54,803 nt of DNA from a virus, in IMG/VR virus record IMGVR_UViG_3300037313_001570, positions 1-54,803 of that record; one strand, 5' to 3'. Below, one piece after another: positions 32,104 to 41,047 of the stretch. The notes below the pieces were generated by a model. That model searched no databases. It was not told the origin of the DNA and was given only the letters and a program-made list of their open reading frames with translations. Position numbers and translations under genes: made by a program. The first letter of the stretch is position 1. Each line of letters starts with the position of its first letter.

Positions 32104-32377
32104 CTTTCAAGATATCGGCGTACACAAAGGAGTATACTCAATCGTGTTTGGTGCAGGAGATGTTATAATGACAAATGCAAAACGTGCAGATGGCGATAGA
32201 ATGTTATTGTTTTATTCGGCAGAGAATGGTAAAGCAGGAGAAGTAATAGAATACGAGCAAGGTACAACGACAGACGATTTGCCATTCCCAGAAGCTGCAT
32301 TTATATTCAATCACCCAATGGACATTTCTTTGCTGATTCAAATGTTGATTGAAATCCAAAAAACAATGTTAGTATGA
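32093..32377 (+). CDS. hypothetical protein carrying an internal SSB-tip-like DDLPF
   Basis: ATG at 32093. GACGATTTGCCATTC at 32273-32287 differs at 1 of 15 nt from the ssb 3-prime end. Confidence 0.5.
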   Translation: MPINFQDIGVHKGVYSIVFGAGDVIMTNAKRADGDRMLLFYSAENGKAGEVIEYEQGTTTDDLPFPEAAFIFNHPMDISLLIQMLIEIQKTMLV

Positions 32378-32529
32378 CGTATTACGTTTGGATAGTTAAG
32401 CTTAAGCAGTGGCGCGAGATAGGCGTTACTGATTTTTATTTTCTTCAAACGAGCAATGGAGGTAATTATGGGTTCAAACAATTACTCGCAGAAAATTCAC
32501 AACTAAAAATTACAATAAGACTAAAATGA
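32374..32529 (+). CDS. small ORF (51 aa), translationally coupled on both sides
   Basis: The ATG at 32374 overlaps the upstream TGA (ATGA), and its TGA at 32527-32529 overlaps the next ATG at 32526. Below the track cutoff. Confidence 0.5.
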   Translation: MTYYVWIVKLKQWREIGVTDFYFLQTSNGGNYGFKQLLAENSQLKITIRLK

Positions 32530-32756
32530 CTTATCTAATTGATGGCGGTGGTGGACATTACGTTCATGTCAGTGAAGAAACATTTAAAAATGAATTAGAT
32601 AAAGCTATTAAAAGAGATTGCCCAACTGTTCTAGGAATCTGCCATAATGGTTTAATGATTCATATGTATGTTCCAAAAGATAGATGGTATTTTAAATTAC
32701 TAGGAAATTCGCAAGTTCGCGGATGGTTTATAAAACCAAGAACAACTAATATATGA
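32526..32756 (+). CDS. hypothetical protein (76 aa)
   Basis: ATG ORF. Confidence 0.55.
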   Translation: MTYLIDGGGGHYVHVSEETFKNELDKAIKRDCPTVLGICHNGLMIHMYVPKDRWYFKLLGNSQVRGWFIKPRTTNI

Positions 32757-33802
32757 TATTCGGTTTAATAAATAAGAATAGTGGCCCGGGATTTCATCGC
32801 ATACACGTTCCTTTATTATTAATGAAAGATACAGACGTATTCATTACGAACGCTGTTGAAGAAAAGCATTTTGAAGAAAAACAACCAACAACAATCTTCT
32901 ATAACCGAACTATTAGCGACGATATATTAAAGCTTCAAAGCAAATATCAATTTAAGATTGCCGTAGATGTCGACGATCATTGGTATTTAAACCCATCACA
33001 TATTCTTTACGAATACCACATGGCTAATAGAATGCCAGAGCATCATATTAAACATATCCGATTAGCGGATGTTGTTACAACAACTCACGAACGATTGGCT
33101 GAAAAGATTTATCCAATTAATCGAAATGTAGTCGTAATCCCAAACGCTATTCCAACACACGAACAATTTTTCCCTACGAAACGTATTCGTGCATCAAGAG
33201 ACGTTAGACGTATTTTCTGGCAGGGAAGTTCAACGCATGCGGAAGATATTGCTTTGCTTAAAGGGCCAATGAAGCGGCTGGATAAAAATAAATTTATGGC
33301 AATTATGGCTGGTTATACGCGTGAACAAGAATGGCAGAATGTGAATTTGCAAACAAGATCTGGATTGAATTTAAATTTTGATTATTCAAAAGGATTTACA
33401 AAGACGGAACAGGTATGGGATAGGATGGTAACGATGTTTACTAATGGTCTTCGGTTGCCCGGTTTAATTCTTCAGGGAACTTCTGTTGAAAAGTATTATA
33501 AGAATTATAGAGTCGCAGATATATGCGTAGCACCTTTAGTAGATAACGAATTTAATAGCATGAAAAGTAACTTGAAGATACTGGAAGCTGCGCATATGGG
33601 ATTGCCTGTTATAGCAAGCCATGTTAATCCATATCTTAATATGCCGGGTGTTATGTATGCAGAAAAGCAGAGCGATTGGAATAGATGGTTCAATGCAGAG
33701 ACGGCAGTATTAGAAGCTGCTGCGAACGAATTAAAACGTTTCTGCGACGAACATTATAACTTTGATAAGATTAATGAATTAAGAAAAAATGCGATTATAT
33801 GA
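32753..33802 (+). CDS. glycosyltransferase (GT-B, GT4/GT1-like)
   Basis: C-terminal KSNLKILEAAHMGLPVIAS (E-x7-G-x-PVI signature). Confidence 0.6.
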   Translation: MIFGLINKNSGPGFHRIHVPLLLMKDTDVFITNAVEEKHFEEKQPTTIFYNRTISDDILKLQSKYQFKIAVDVDDHWYLNPSHILYEYHMANRMPEHHIKHIRLADVVTTTHERLAEKIYPINRNVVVIPNAIPTHEQFFPTKRIRASRDVRRIFWQGSSTHAEDIALLKGPMKRLDKNKFMAIMAGYTREQEWQNVNLQTRSGLNLNFDYSKGFTKTEQVWDRMVTMFTNGLRLPGLILQGTSVEKYYKNYRVADICVAPLVDNEFNSMKSNLKILEAAHMGLPVIASHVNPYLNMPGVMYAEKQSDWNRWFNAETAVLEAAANELKRFCDEHYNFDKINELRKNAII

Positions 33803-34038
33803 AACAATCGAATATTGATTTTCTTAATGCTAATCGTCACCATTACGAAATGTGGGTTAAGGCGCAAATAGTTAATCATCTCGATCAGGCAACTCGTCAA
33901 CGCATGTTAGATGTTATACGCGATGAATGGGATGGAAGATATTTAGCCAATTTGTGGTGTTCGCCTTGCGTTGTATCAATGCTCGTCTATGCATATACGC
34001 AATACGATAAATGGTTGTTGCAACAAAATGTCCAATAG
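33799..34038 (+). CDS. hypothetical protein (79 aa)
   Basis: ATG ORF overlapping the upstream stop. Confidence 0.55.
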   Translation: MKQSNIDFLNANRHHYEMWVKAQIVNHLDQATRQRMLDVIRDEWDGRYLANLWCSPCVVSMLVYAYTQYDKWLLQQNVQ

Positions 34039-34087
34039 AAATGCAAAGGATAATTAAGACTTTTGTTAACTTGTTCCAAAATTAATT

Positions 34088-34903
34088 ATGGCACTTATTG
34101 CAATGGCCGTATATGATACGAAAGAAAACGGCAGGACAGAATTTACAAGACGTACTATAAAGTCTTTACTTAATACGGTTGATTTTTCTAATCATCGTCT
34201 TATAATAGTTGATAATAACAGTTGCGCAGAAACATGCTCCTTTTATAACGATTATGTATATCGTCAAAATCTTATTTTGCAAGAACACGGTAAAAATAGA
34301 ATTGAAGTTATTCATCTTGATAAAAACTATGGGACTGCTGCTGCTATTAATCAAGCTATGTTCGAAAGAGAAAAAGACGAATACTTTATTAAAATGGATA
34401 ATGATGTTGAGTTTAATAAAGTCGATTGGGTTGAAGAGATGGAAGATGCAATGAGGCGAATGCCGAAGTTGGGAGTTCTTGGTTTAAAACGGAAAGATGT
34501 ATGCGAATCAACTTATTCTTTAAATCCAGATCAGCGTTCTAGATTAATCGAAGTCCCACATTTTATTGGCGAGAAATGGTATGTGATAGAAGAATGTAAA
34601 CATGTAATGGGAACTTGTACAATGTTATCACATGCATTAATTGAAAAGATTGGTTACTTCTATCAAATGGATGGGATATATGGATTCGATGATTCGCTTA
34701 TGTGTATTCGTTGTTCTAAGGCTGGTTTTATTAATGCATTTCTTCACGGAATCGAAATTGATCATATAGATCCAGGAGGCGGAGATTACCAGAAATGGAA
34801 GGAAGAGTATGCGCAGAAAATGATTCATCAATATGCAGAATGCCAACGCATGTACGAGAATGGAACAATGAGTATATATTATAATCCTTTTGAAAAATGT
34901 TAA
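34088..34903 (+). CDS. family 2 glycosyltransferase (GT-A)
   Basis: LIIVDNNSCAET, NYGTAAAINQ, and the DxD motif MDNDVEF. Confidence 0.75.
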   Translation: MALIAMAVYDTKENGRTEFTRRTIKSLLNTVDFSNHRLIIVDNNSCAETCSFYNDYVYRQNLILQEHGKNRIEVIHLDKNYGTAAAINQAMFEREKDEYFIKMDNDVEFNKVDWVEEMEDAMRRMPKLGVLGLKRKDVCESTYSLNPDQRSRLIEVPHFIGEKWYVIEECKHVMGTCTMLSHALIEKIGYFYQMDGIYGFDDSLMCIRCSKAGFINAFLHGIEIDHIDPGGGDYQKWKEEYAQKMIHQYAECQRMYENGTMSIYYNPFEKC

Positions 34904-35103
34904 TAAAGAATGATTTTAATTTTGAAGAAACAGTCTACTTAAAGACTGATATAAATCAGTATCCAAGAATTATAACAGGTATTTGCGTTCGACCTACTGG
35001 TGGTATTACTTATGAATTATCTAGCGGAGGCGCAACCACTTGGCATTATGGATTCGAATTGGATAAAGAGAAGAATGTTTTAATGAAGAATGAAAATTAT
35101 TAA
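34897..35103 (+). CDS. hypothetical protein (68 aa)
   Basis: ATG ORF. Confidence 0.5.
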   Translation: MLIKNDFNFEETVYLKTDINQYPRIITGICVRPTGGITYELSSGGATTWHYGFELDKEKNVLMKNENY

Positions 35104-35105
35104 TC

Positions 35106-35462
35106 ATGAAAAAATCAAAAGTCGTAAAAATAGAATCAGAGCAAATTTTATTTGATAATGGTATTAAATTGTCTTCTAATCATAATCAGGATTGCTGCGA
35201 AAGTCGTTATTTGCAATTTGAGCATCTAACGTTATCTGATTTTGATGGGCTTGAATTTGATTTAACAGGAGACGATTTCTTTAAACGTATTGAAGGATAT
35301 GGAATTGAGTTAATACCAATTAAAGGATTCTCTGTTAGAGTTCCAGGTTATGCTTCAAACAATGGTTATTATTCGGATAATTTAGATCTTGTGCTGACAG
35401 ATGCCAATGGGAAGTTAATAAGAGAATATGACATTACGGAATGTCAGAAATATGAAGACTAA
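35106..35462 (+). CDS. hypothetical protein (118 aa)
   Basis: ATG ORF. Confidence 0.55.
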   Translation: MKKSKVVKIESEQILFDNGIKLSSNHNQDCCESRYLQFEHLTLSDFDGLEFDLTGDDFFKRIEGYGIELIPIKGFSVRVPGYASNNGYYSDNLDLVLTDANGKLIREYDITECQKYED

Positions 35463-35470
35463 AATTTCAC

Positions 35471-35518
35471 GTGCGCGGAACCGTTGGGCAGTTGAGCAAT
35501 ACGGAGAATGCCGCGCAC
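35471..35518 (+). terminator. G+C-rich stem-loop (8 bp, 32-nt loop) after 35106-35462
   Basis: GTGCGCGG (35471-35478) pairs with CCGCGCAC (35511-35518), with an inner CCGT/ACGG pairing. No strong U-tract. Confidence 0.4.
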
Positions 35519-35540
35519 ATTTCTTTAAATTGATTTAAGA

Positions 35541-36227
35541 ATGGTTGTAATAACATATATCTATTCTAAGAATGAACGTACGCAACAAATGATCGATTCG
35601 TTTAAACGTTTTGGTTATGAAGTTGCAATAGTTGATGCAGATACGCATAGAGGCAATGGAACCGCGCTTCGACTCTTATATGAATGTTATAAACGTGCAG
35701 CAACCGGCCATACTTCATTCATGTATGCAGATGCAGCCGATTCTTTTTGTCAACGAAAATTCTTTAGCCCATACGATAAGATAATCTACCAAACAGAAAA
35801 GGCTTGTTACCCTCATACTTGGGTTGCTAACCACTACCCTAACTTGCCATCGCCATACTCTACATCTCCATGGAAGTATCTTAACGGGGGTGGTTATTGC
35901 GGTTCTCCTTCTCTTATGGTGGAATTTATGGAACGGTATGGTCTAAACGATTTACCACCGGAAGCAAATGGCCAACACGAGCAAATGATGGCATATATAC
36001 AAGCTCGTAAAGACGGCTTTCCGATTGAATTGGATTTGAGTTGTGAATTATTTCAAAGTATGGCATTTGCAGAGCAGGAAGATTTTTGCATAAAAGAACC
36101 ATTAAGACCAATCGAAGATAATAAAAAATATTCAAAATATCTTTTCAACACTATAACAAAAAACATTCCGGCAGTATTGCATTTTAACGGACTAACAGAT
36201 ATGTCTATACTTAAGGAATTAAAATAA
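35541..36227 (+). CDS. putative GT-A-like glycosyltransferase (weak)
   Basis: YADAADSF and LNGGGYCGS resemble PLOD/GT25-type motifs. Located in the sugar island. Confidence 0.35.
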   Translation: MVVITYIYSKNERTQQMIDSFKRFGYEVAIVDADTHRGNGTALRLLYECYKRAATGHTSFMYADAADSFCQRKFFSPYDKIIYQTEKACYPHTWVANHYPNLPSPYSTSPWKYLNGGGYCGSPSLMVEFMERYGLNDLPPEANGQHEQMMAYIQARKDGFPIELDLSCELFQSMAFAEQEDFCIKEPLRPIEDNKKYSKYLFNTITKNIPAVLHFNGLTDMSILKELK

Positions 36228-36272
36228 GTTTTTCTGGATACCAATTTACAGTCAATAATTGTTAAGCTTTTC

Positions 36273-36303
36273 CCCGGTTGTTTTTACAACTGGGTTTTCT
36301 TTT
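36273..36303 (+). terminator. rho-independent terminator
   Basis: CCCGGTTG pairs with CAACTGGG (one G-U pair), loop TTTTTA, then TTTTCTTTT. Confidence 0.7.
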
Positions 36304-36323
36304 AAAAAATTAAATCTAGTCAT

Positions 36324-37073
36324 ATGGCACAAGGAGCACACAAGATTACGGAACAATTTGAACAGGAGCTTTGTAAATATACCACAGCTCCTTATTGCAT
36401 CGCGGTTGATAATTGCAGTAATGCATTATTCTTAGCATTGTATTATGAGTTATGGATTAACAAATCAATTCCTTTTAATAAATATAATATTACTAAAGGA
36501 ATATATCAACCAGTTATTACAATTCCGCGCCACACATATCCTTCTGTCGCTTGCGAAATAATACATGCAGGCGGGAAGATAGAATGGGTTGATAATCTTT
36601 ATCATAAAGATAAAATAGAAGGCGCATATCAACTCTTTCCAACTAAAGTTATTGATTCGTCATTGCATTTTACAAATAATATGTACAATTCAGGAAAGCA
36701 CATGTGCTTATCCTTTACAGGCCCTTATAAGCATTTGAAGTTAGGGAAGGGCGGAGCAATAATTACAGACGATTTAAGATTCTCAATGTGGGCGAAACGA
36801 GCAAGATTCAGCGGACGTAACGAATGCAGTTATTTTGAAGATGATTTCGATTGTACAAAAACATTAGAATACGAGTACTTTGAGGATAAAGATCCTGAAC
36901 CAATAAATCGCGCAGCTATTGCCGGTTGGAATTTCTACATGATGCCAGAAATTGCTGCGCGAGGAATTCTATTATTGCAACAATTCTACGACCGAGATGG
37001 AAAACCGAAATCAAACGAAGACCTTTGTATGGCATATCCTGATTTGTCAAAGTTTAAAATATTTAATCAATGA
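36324..37073 (+). CDS. DegT/DnrJ/EryC1-like sugar aminotransferase (short form)
   Basis: IAVDNCSNALFLAL, ITIPRHTYPSVACEIIHAGGKIEWVD and SFTGPYKHLKLGKGGAIITDD (candidate PLP Lys). 249 aa, against about 370 for typical members. Confidence 0.55.
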   Translation: MAQGAHKITEQFEQELCKYTTAPYCIAVDNCSNALFLALYYELWINKSIPFNKYNITKGIYQPVITIPRHTYPSVACEIIHAGGKIEWVDNLYHKDKIEGAYQLFPTKVIDSSLHFTNNMYNSGKHMCLSFTGPYKHLKLGKGGAIITDDLRFSMWAKRARFSGRNECSYFEDDFDCTKTLEYEYFEDKDPEPINRAAIAGWNFYMMPEIAARGILLLQQFYDRDGKPKSNEDLCMAYPDLSKFKIFNQ

Positions 37074-37444
37074 TAGATACAAGAAAGAAATGTCCTTGTT
37101 GCGGCCAATATATTCTTCCAAATGGCAATGAAGAGGTAGAAAATATAAAAAAACTATACCAAGAAGTTTGCGAAATTTGGGGAATAAAAATCGAATGGCT
37201 GAGAGGAAGAGGAAGGAAAGAAGATAAACCTATAATGAAAAAGATTCTATGGATGTTAGCTGAGAAGAAATATCCATTCGTGCCTTATAGAATTCTTGGA
37301 ATTTTATCAGGTAATAAAGATCATTCTGGTGTTATTAAAGGAATTGAAGTTGCTAATAATTGGCTATCCGTGAAAGACGAAAAATTTATGAATTATTATA
37401 ATCAAGTTAAATATTTAATCGAATATGATACAAATAATCGGTAA
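37070..37444 (+). CDS. DnaA domain IV-like HTH protein with N-terminal CxxC
   Basis: KKILWMLAEKKYPFVPYRILGILSGNKDHSGVIKGIEVANNWL parallels DnaA ...LAKELT..SLPEIG..FGGRDHTTVLHA.RKIE. Confidence 0.55.
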   Translation: MIDTRKKCPCCGQYILPNGNEEVENIKKLYQEVCEIWGIKIEWLRGRGRKEDKPIMKKILWMLAEKKYPFVPYRILGILSGNKDHSGVIKGIEVANNWLSVKDEKFMNYYNQVKYLIEYDTNNR

Positions 37445-38090
37445 GGGAGGATTTGGAAGAGAGCTTGCAGCATATTGCGAAGCGTTTAATATTCCATCGT
37501 TTCAATTTGAAAAAGAATGTAATGGCATGCATAGAGGCGCGGACGCTGTTATTGCGATTGGGAATGAAGAAATAAGAACAAAGGTAACAGAACAATTCCC
37601 TAATCAATCTTGGGGCGTAATAAATTTTGGAAAGAATTACGGTTTCCCATATAATAAAATTAATCGAGGTTGTATTATTTGTCCAGGCACAATTATAACC
37701 GTTAACGTCACACTTGGAATGCATTGCCTTGTAAACATTAATTGCACTATAGGCCACGATGTTTTTATTGGCGATTTCTGTACTATAAATCCAGGAGTCA
37801 ACATTTCTGGTAATGTAAGCATAGGGGCAAACTGCAATATAGGAAGTAATGCTGTCATTAAGAATGGAATTAAAATTTGTGATGATGTTATAATTGGGGC
37901 TGGCGGAGTTGTTGTTAAGGATATAACTGAACCGGGCATATATGTCGGTAATCCAGTTGAAAGATTGGACAGGCGATATTTAAAATCAATTGAATTGGAT
38001 ATTAAATTACTTCGCCATGATACAGATTTATTAATTAAAAAGACAACAAAACTCGACGCAGAAAATTCATTACATCGTCCAATCAAATAA
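37425..38090 (+). CDS. hexapeptide-repeat sugar N/O-acetyltransferase (NeuD/PglD-like)
   Basis: N-terminal IIGKGGFGRELAAY Rossmann-like start. Left-handed beta-helix repeats IGDFCTINPGVNISGNVSIGANCNIGSNAVI. Confidence 0.75.
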   Translation: MIQIIGKGGFGRELAAYCEAFNIPSFQFEKECNGMHRGADAVIAIGNEEIRTKVTEQFPNQSWGVINFGKNYGFPYNKINRGCIICPGTIITVNVTLGMHCLVNINCTIGHDVFIGDFCTINPGVNISGNVSIGANCNIGSNAVIKNGIKICDDVIIGAGGVVVKDITEPGIYVGNPVERLDRRYLKSIELDIKLLRHDTDLLIKKTTKLDAENSLHRPIK

Positions 38091-38092
38091 TC

Positions 38093-39307
38093 ATGGCATC
38101 TATATCCTATACTCGTCCGCCTCTTTATGATTACCAAAAAGCAATTCTAAATTCTCCTGCTCGTTTTACTATATGCGAAGCATCGACGAAAGTTGGAAAG
38201 ACTGCTTCGCATATAGTATGGTTATTTGAGCAGGCACTCCAATGCGTCGCAAATCAATCTGTATGGTGGGTTGCGCCGACATTTAATCAGGCGAAAATCG
38301 CATTTAATAGAATGAAAATTCAAGTTACGTACTCTGGAATATTTAAGAAGATAAATGAAACAAATTTAATAATCGAATTAATTACAGGTGCGAAGATTGA
38401 ATTTAAAACAGCAGAAAAACCAGACAACTTATACGGGGACGATGTATATGCTTTCGTATTTGACGAATTTACACGCGCGCGAGAAGCTGCTTGGTTTGCA
38501 TTGCGTTCGACAATTACTTCTACAGGCGGGAAAGGAAAATTTATTGGGAACGTTAAAGGAAAGAAGAATTGGGGTCACCGCATGGCTATGCGCGCAAAAA
38601 CCGGTGATGATAAAAATTATGCTTACTTCAAAATCACAGCTTACGATGCAGCAAATGCAGGTATGCGGACAAAGGATGGAAGGCCATTCTTAGAAGAAAT
38701 AGAAGAGGCTAAAAGAGATTTACCAGAAAATGTATTTAAGGAATTATACCTTGCCGAAGCAAGTGAAGACGGTAGCAATCCATTCGGCATACAATATATT
38801 GCTCAATGTACATATGAAAAAAGCGATAGAGAAGCCGTCGCATATGGAGTTGATTTAGCGAAGAAAAAAGACTGGACAGTCGAAACTGGTTTAGATAGGT
38901 TTTGTTCCGTGTGTCATGCGAATCGTTATCAAAAGGATTGGAGACAAACGACTCTGTCTATTCTTTCGTTACCACAAAAACCAACAGCGATTGATAGTAC
39001 AGGTGTTGGAGATCCAATTGGAGAAGATCTTTGTAGGAAAAGAGACGATGTTGAATTATTTATTTTTACTCAACGTTCAAAGCAACAACTTCTCGAAGGT
39101 CTTGCAATGGCAATCCAAAAACGCGAAATAACATTCCCAGAAGAATATGCACACGAACTAGAACAGATGGAATTTGTGTATACAAGAACAGGAGTTATAT
39201 ATTCTGTTCCAGAAGGAGAAACAGATGATAGAATTATGTCCCTAGCTCTTGCAAGAAGAAAATGGGAAGCAATTATAACAAGTCTGGGAGGAACTTCCGT
39301 ATGGTAA
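38093..39307 (+). CDS. terminase large subunit
   Basis: YDYQKAILNS...CEASTKVGKTAS (Walker A-like), YAFVFDEFTRA (Walker B), and C-terminal nuclease-like AIDSTGVGDPIGEDL. Confidence 0.85.
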   Translation: MASISYTRPPLYDYQKAILNSPARFTICEASTKVGKTASHIVWLFEQALQCVANQSVWWVAPTFNQAKIAFNRMKIQVTYSGIFKKINETNLIIELITGAKIEFKTAEKPDNLYGDDVYAFVFDEFTRAREAAWFALRSTITSTGGKGKFIGNVKGKKNWGHRMAMRAKTGDDKNYAYFKITAYDAANAGMRTKDGRPFLEEIEEAKRDLPENVFKELYLAEASEDGSNPFGIQYIAQCTYEKSDREAVAYGVDLAKKKDWTVETGLDRFCSVCHANRYQKDWRQTTLSILSLPQKPTAIDSTGVGDPIGEDLCRKRDDVELFIFTQRSKQQLLEGLAMAIQKREITFPEEYAHELEQMEFVYTRTGVIYSVPEGETDDRIMSLALARRKWEAIITSLGGTSVW

Positions 39308-39594
39308 CAAAGAGAACATACGAATTATTATATTTTCTTTATGAAGGAGGTCTTGATTTTATAAGCTGTTCTAGAGGATTAGATATTTCATTACAGAATA
39401 AATTCACAAGAGAAAAAGCAAGAGAAAATATTACTATATTTTTAGAACGTTATGGAACAAACGATCAAAGAGGCAAAATTCATCCAATCTATCTTCTTGA
39501 GCCACGACTAATAAAAGAGCTTATAGAATCACTTCAGCAAGAGGCTCTAACAGGAACCAAACCATATTCCAACAATGGCCCGGCTGTGTGGTAA
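39301..39594 (+). CDS. hypothetical protein (97 aa)
   Basis: The ATG at 39301 overlaps the TerL stop. Confidence 0.5.
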   Translation: MVTKRTYELLYFLYEGGLDFISCSRGLDISLQNKFTREKARENITIFLERYGTNDQRGKIHPIYLLEPRLIKELIESLQQEALTGTKPYSNNGPAVW

Positions 39595-39632
39595 CTATCC
39601 AACACTTATTAATTACCTATATTTATTTATGT

Positions 39633-40289
39633 ATGAAAAGAATTACATGGGATAATATTACTGTATCTCAATTTATTCGATTAAATCAAATTGGAAAAGA
39701 AAAAGAAATAGATGACGCTACAAGAGCCGAAGAGACAATTAAAATTCTTTTTGATTTAACAGATATGCAGTTAGACGAAATGTCGATAAAAGAATTTAAT
39801 CAATATTCGAAATCATGTGCAGATGTTCTAACAGTAAATTTTGATTCTAATATTAAACCAAAGAAAATCATTAAAGGGAAGAATAAAAAATATTTTATCA
39901 TCTATGATCCGTGTAAATTAACACACAGGCAATTTGCTGAGATTCAATTTTTTTCTACCGATATGATTAATAATATCCACATGATTCTTGCATCTATCGT
40001 GCAACCAATTGGGAAATTCGGTAGAAGATTAAAGAATACAGCAGAACAACATGAATCGATAAGCGAAGACTTATTGGACGCAAAAATAATTGATGTATAT
40101 GGATCTTGTGTTTTTTTTTGCAAGCTCTATCGCAATTCATTGAATCATATAAAGGATTATTTAATAAACAGAATGATGAAGATGGGAGCGAAGAAGGAGC
40201 AAGCTCTACTTTTATTAGAAACTTCAATAAACAGTTTGGATGGCTCTATAATACAAAAGAGGTCGCAGAATTTGAAGGAATTAGTTTAG
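39633..40289 (+). CDS. tail-assembly-chaperone-like protein, zero-frame product
   Basis: ATG at 39633 (MKRITWDNITVSQFIRLNQI...). Reads through the T9 tract to a stop at 40287-40289. Confidence 0.55.
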   Translation: MKRITWDNITVSQFIRLNQIGKEKEIDDATRAEETIKILFDLTDMQLDEMSIKEFNQYSKSCADVLTVNFDSNIKPKKIIKGKNKKYFIIYDPCKLTHRQFAEIQFFSTDMINNIHMILASIVQPIGKFGRRLKNTAEQHESISEDLLDAKIIDVYGSCVFFCKLYRNSLNHIKDYLINRMMKMGAKKEQALLLLETSINSLDGSIIQKRSQNLKELV

Positions 40290-40411
40290 AGTTAGCATGG
40301 GAACTTCCTATACGTCAATCCCTAAATGATTTAAGTTATTTGAAAGCAAGAAAATTACACGATAAAGAACAAATGCGACTTTATAACGAACGTCAAAGAT
40401 TAAGATTATAA
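39633..40411 (+). CDS. -1 frameshift fusion product of the same gene (slip in the T-run 40111-40119)
   Basis: The -1 frame is open from 40106 to 40411, and its stop lies 2 nt before the next ATG (40414). U_UUU_UUU heptamer in the zero frame. Confidence 0.45.
40110..40120 (+). promoter_or_regulatory. candidate -1 programmed frameshift (or homopolymer miscall) site
   Basis: G TTT TTT TTT G, with T9 at 40111-40119 and zero-frame codons GTT TTT TTT TGC. Confidence 0.45.
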
Positions 40412-40413
40412 CT

Positions 40414-41046
40414 ATGGCAAAATCAATAGAAAAAGCTCAGGCAGATTTACTTTCTACTAATTTCTTAGATAAGATAGGAAGCAAAGAAAGTTTTAAGCCA
40501 GAGAAATCTTTATCTGCGATTTTGCAAATAGCTGGAACGATTGTTCAAGAAGCTCAAAATAATTTAAATAAGAGTGATAGAATTGCAACTGGTAAATTAA
40601 GCGAGTCGTTGACGATATTAGATCCAATTAAAACAGGAAACGAAATTGTTTGCGAAATAACTGCTTTGTATTATTGGAAGTTTATTGATAAAGGCGTAAA
40701 CGGAAATAAGAAATCACGTGGTTCTCAATATTCTTTTAAGAATTATCCCCCCGGAGAAAAAATGATTAATGCAATAGAGACATGGATAAAAAGCGAAGGC
40801 GGTAAATTTAGAGCAACTGGGCAAGGCAAAACAATAACAAAAAGAGAAAAAAGAAGAAAAGCATTTAATGAAACGAAAGATAAAAATTCATTAGCTTGGG
40901 CAATTTCTGTTTCTATTAAACAGAAAGGTTTAAAGAAGACTAATTTCCTAACCGATGCAATTAAGAAAGGAAATTCTAAATCAAAAGAATTATTAGGAAA
41001 GGCTTTAAAGATTGATATACTAGAATCATTACCAAAAGAAATTTAA
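40414..41046 (+). CDS. hypothetical virion protein (210 aa)
   Basis: ATG ORF in the structural block. Confidence 0.6.
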   Translation: MAKSIEKAQADLLSTNFLDKIGSKESFKPEKSLSAILQIAGTIVQEAQNNLNKSDRIATGKLSESLTILDPIKTGNEIVCEITALYYWKFIDKGVNGNKKSRGSQYSFKNYPPGEKMINAIETWIKSEGGKFRATGQGKTITKREKRRKAFNETKDKNSLAWAISVSIKQKGLKKTNFLTDAIKKGNSKSKELLGKALKIDILESLPKEI

Positions 41047-41047
41047 A

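Noticed and set aside
38388-39131. Alternative-frame ORFs 38388-38693 and 38916-39131
   Set aside because: They lie inside the terminase large subunit gene, whose Walker A/B and nuclease motifs fix the true frame.
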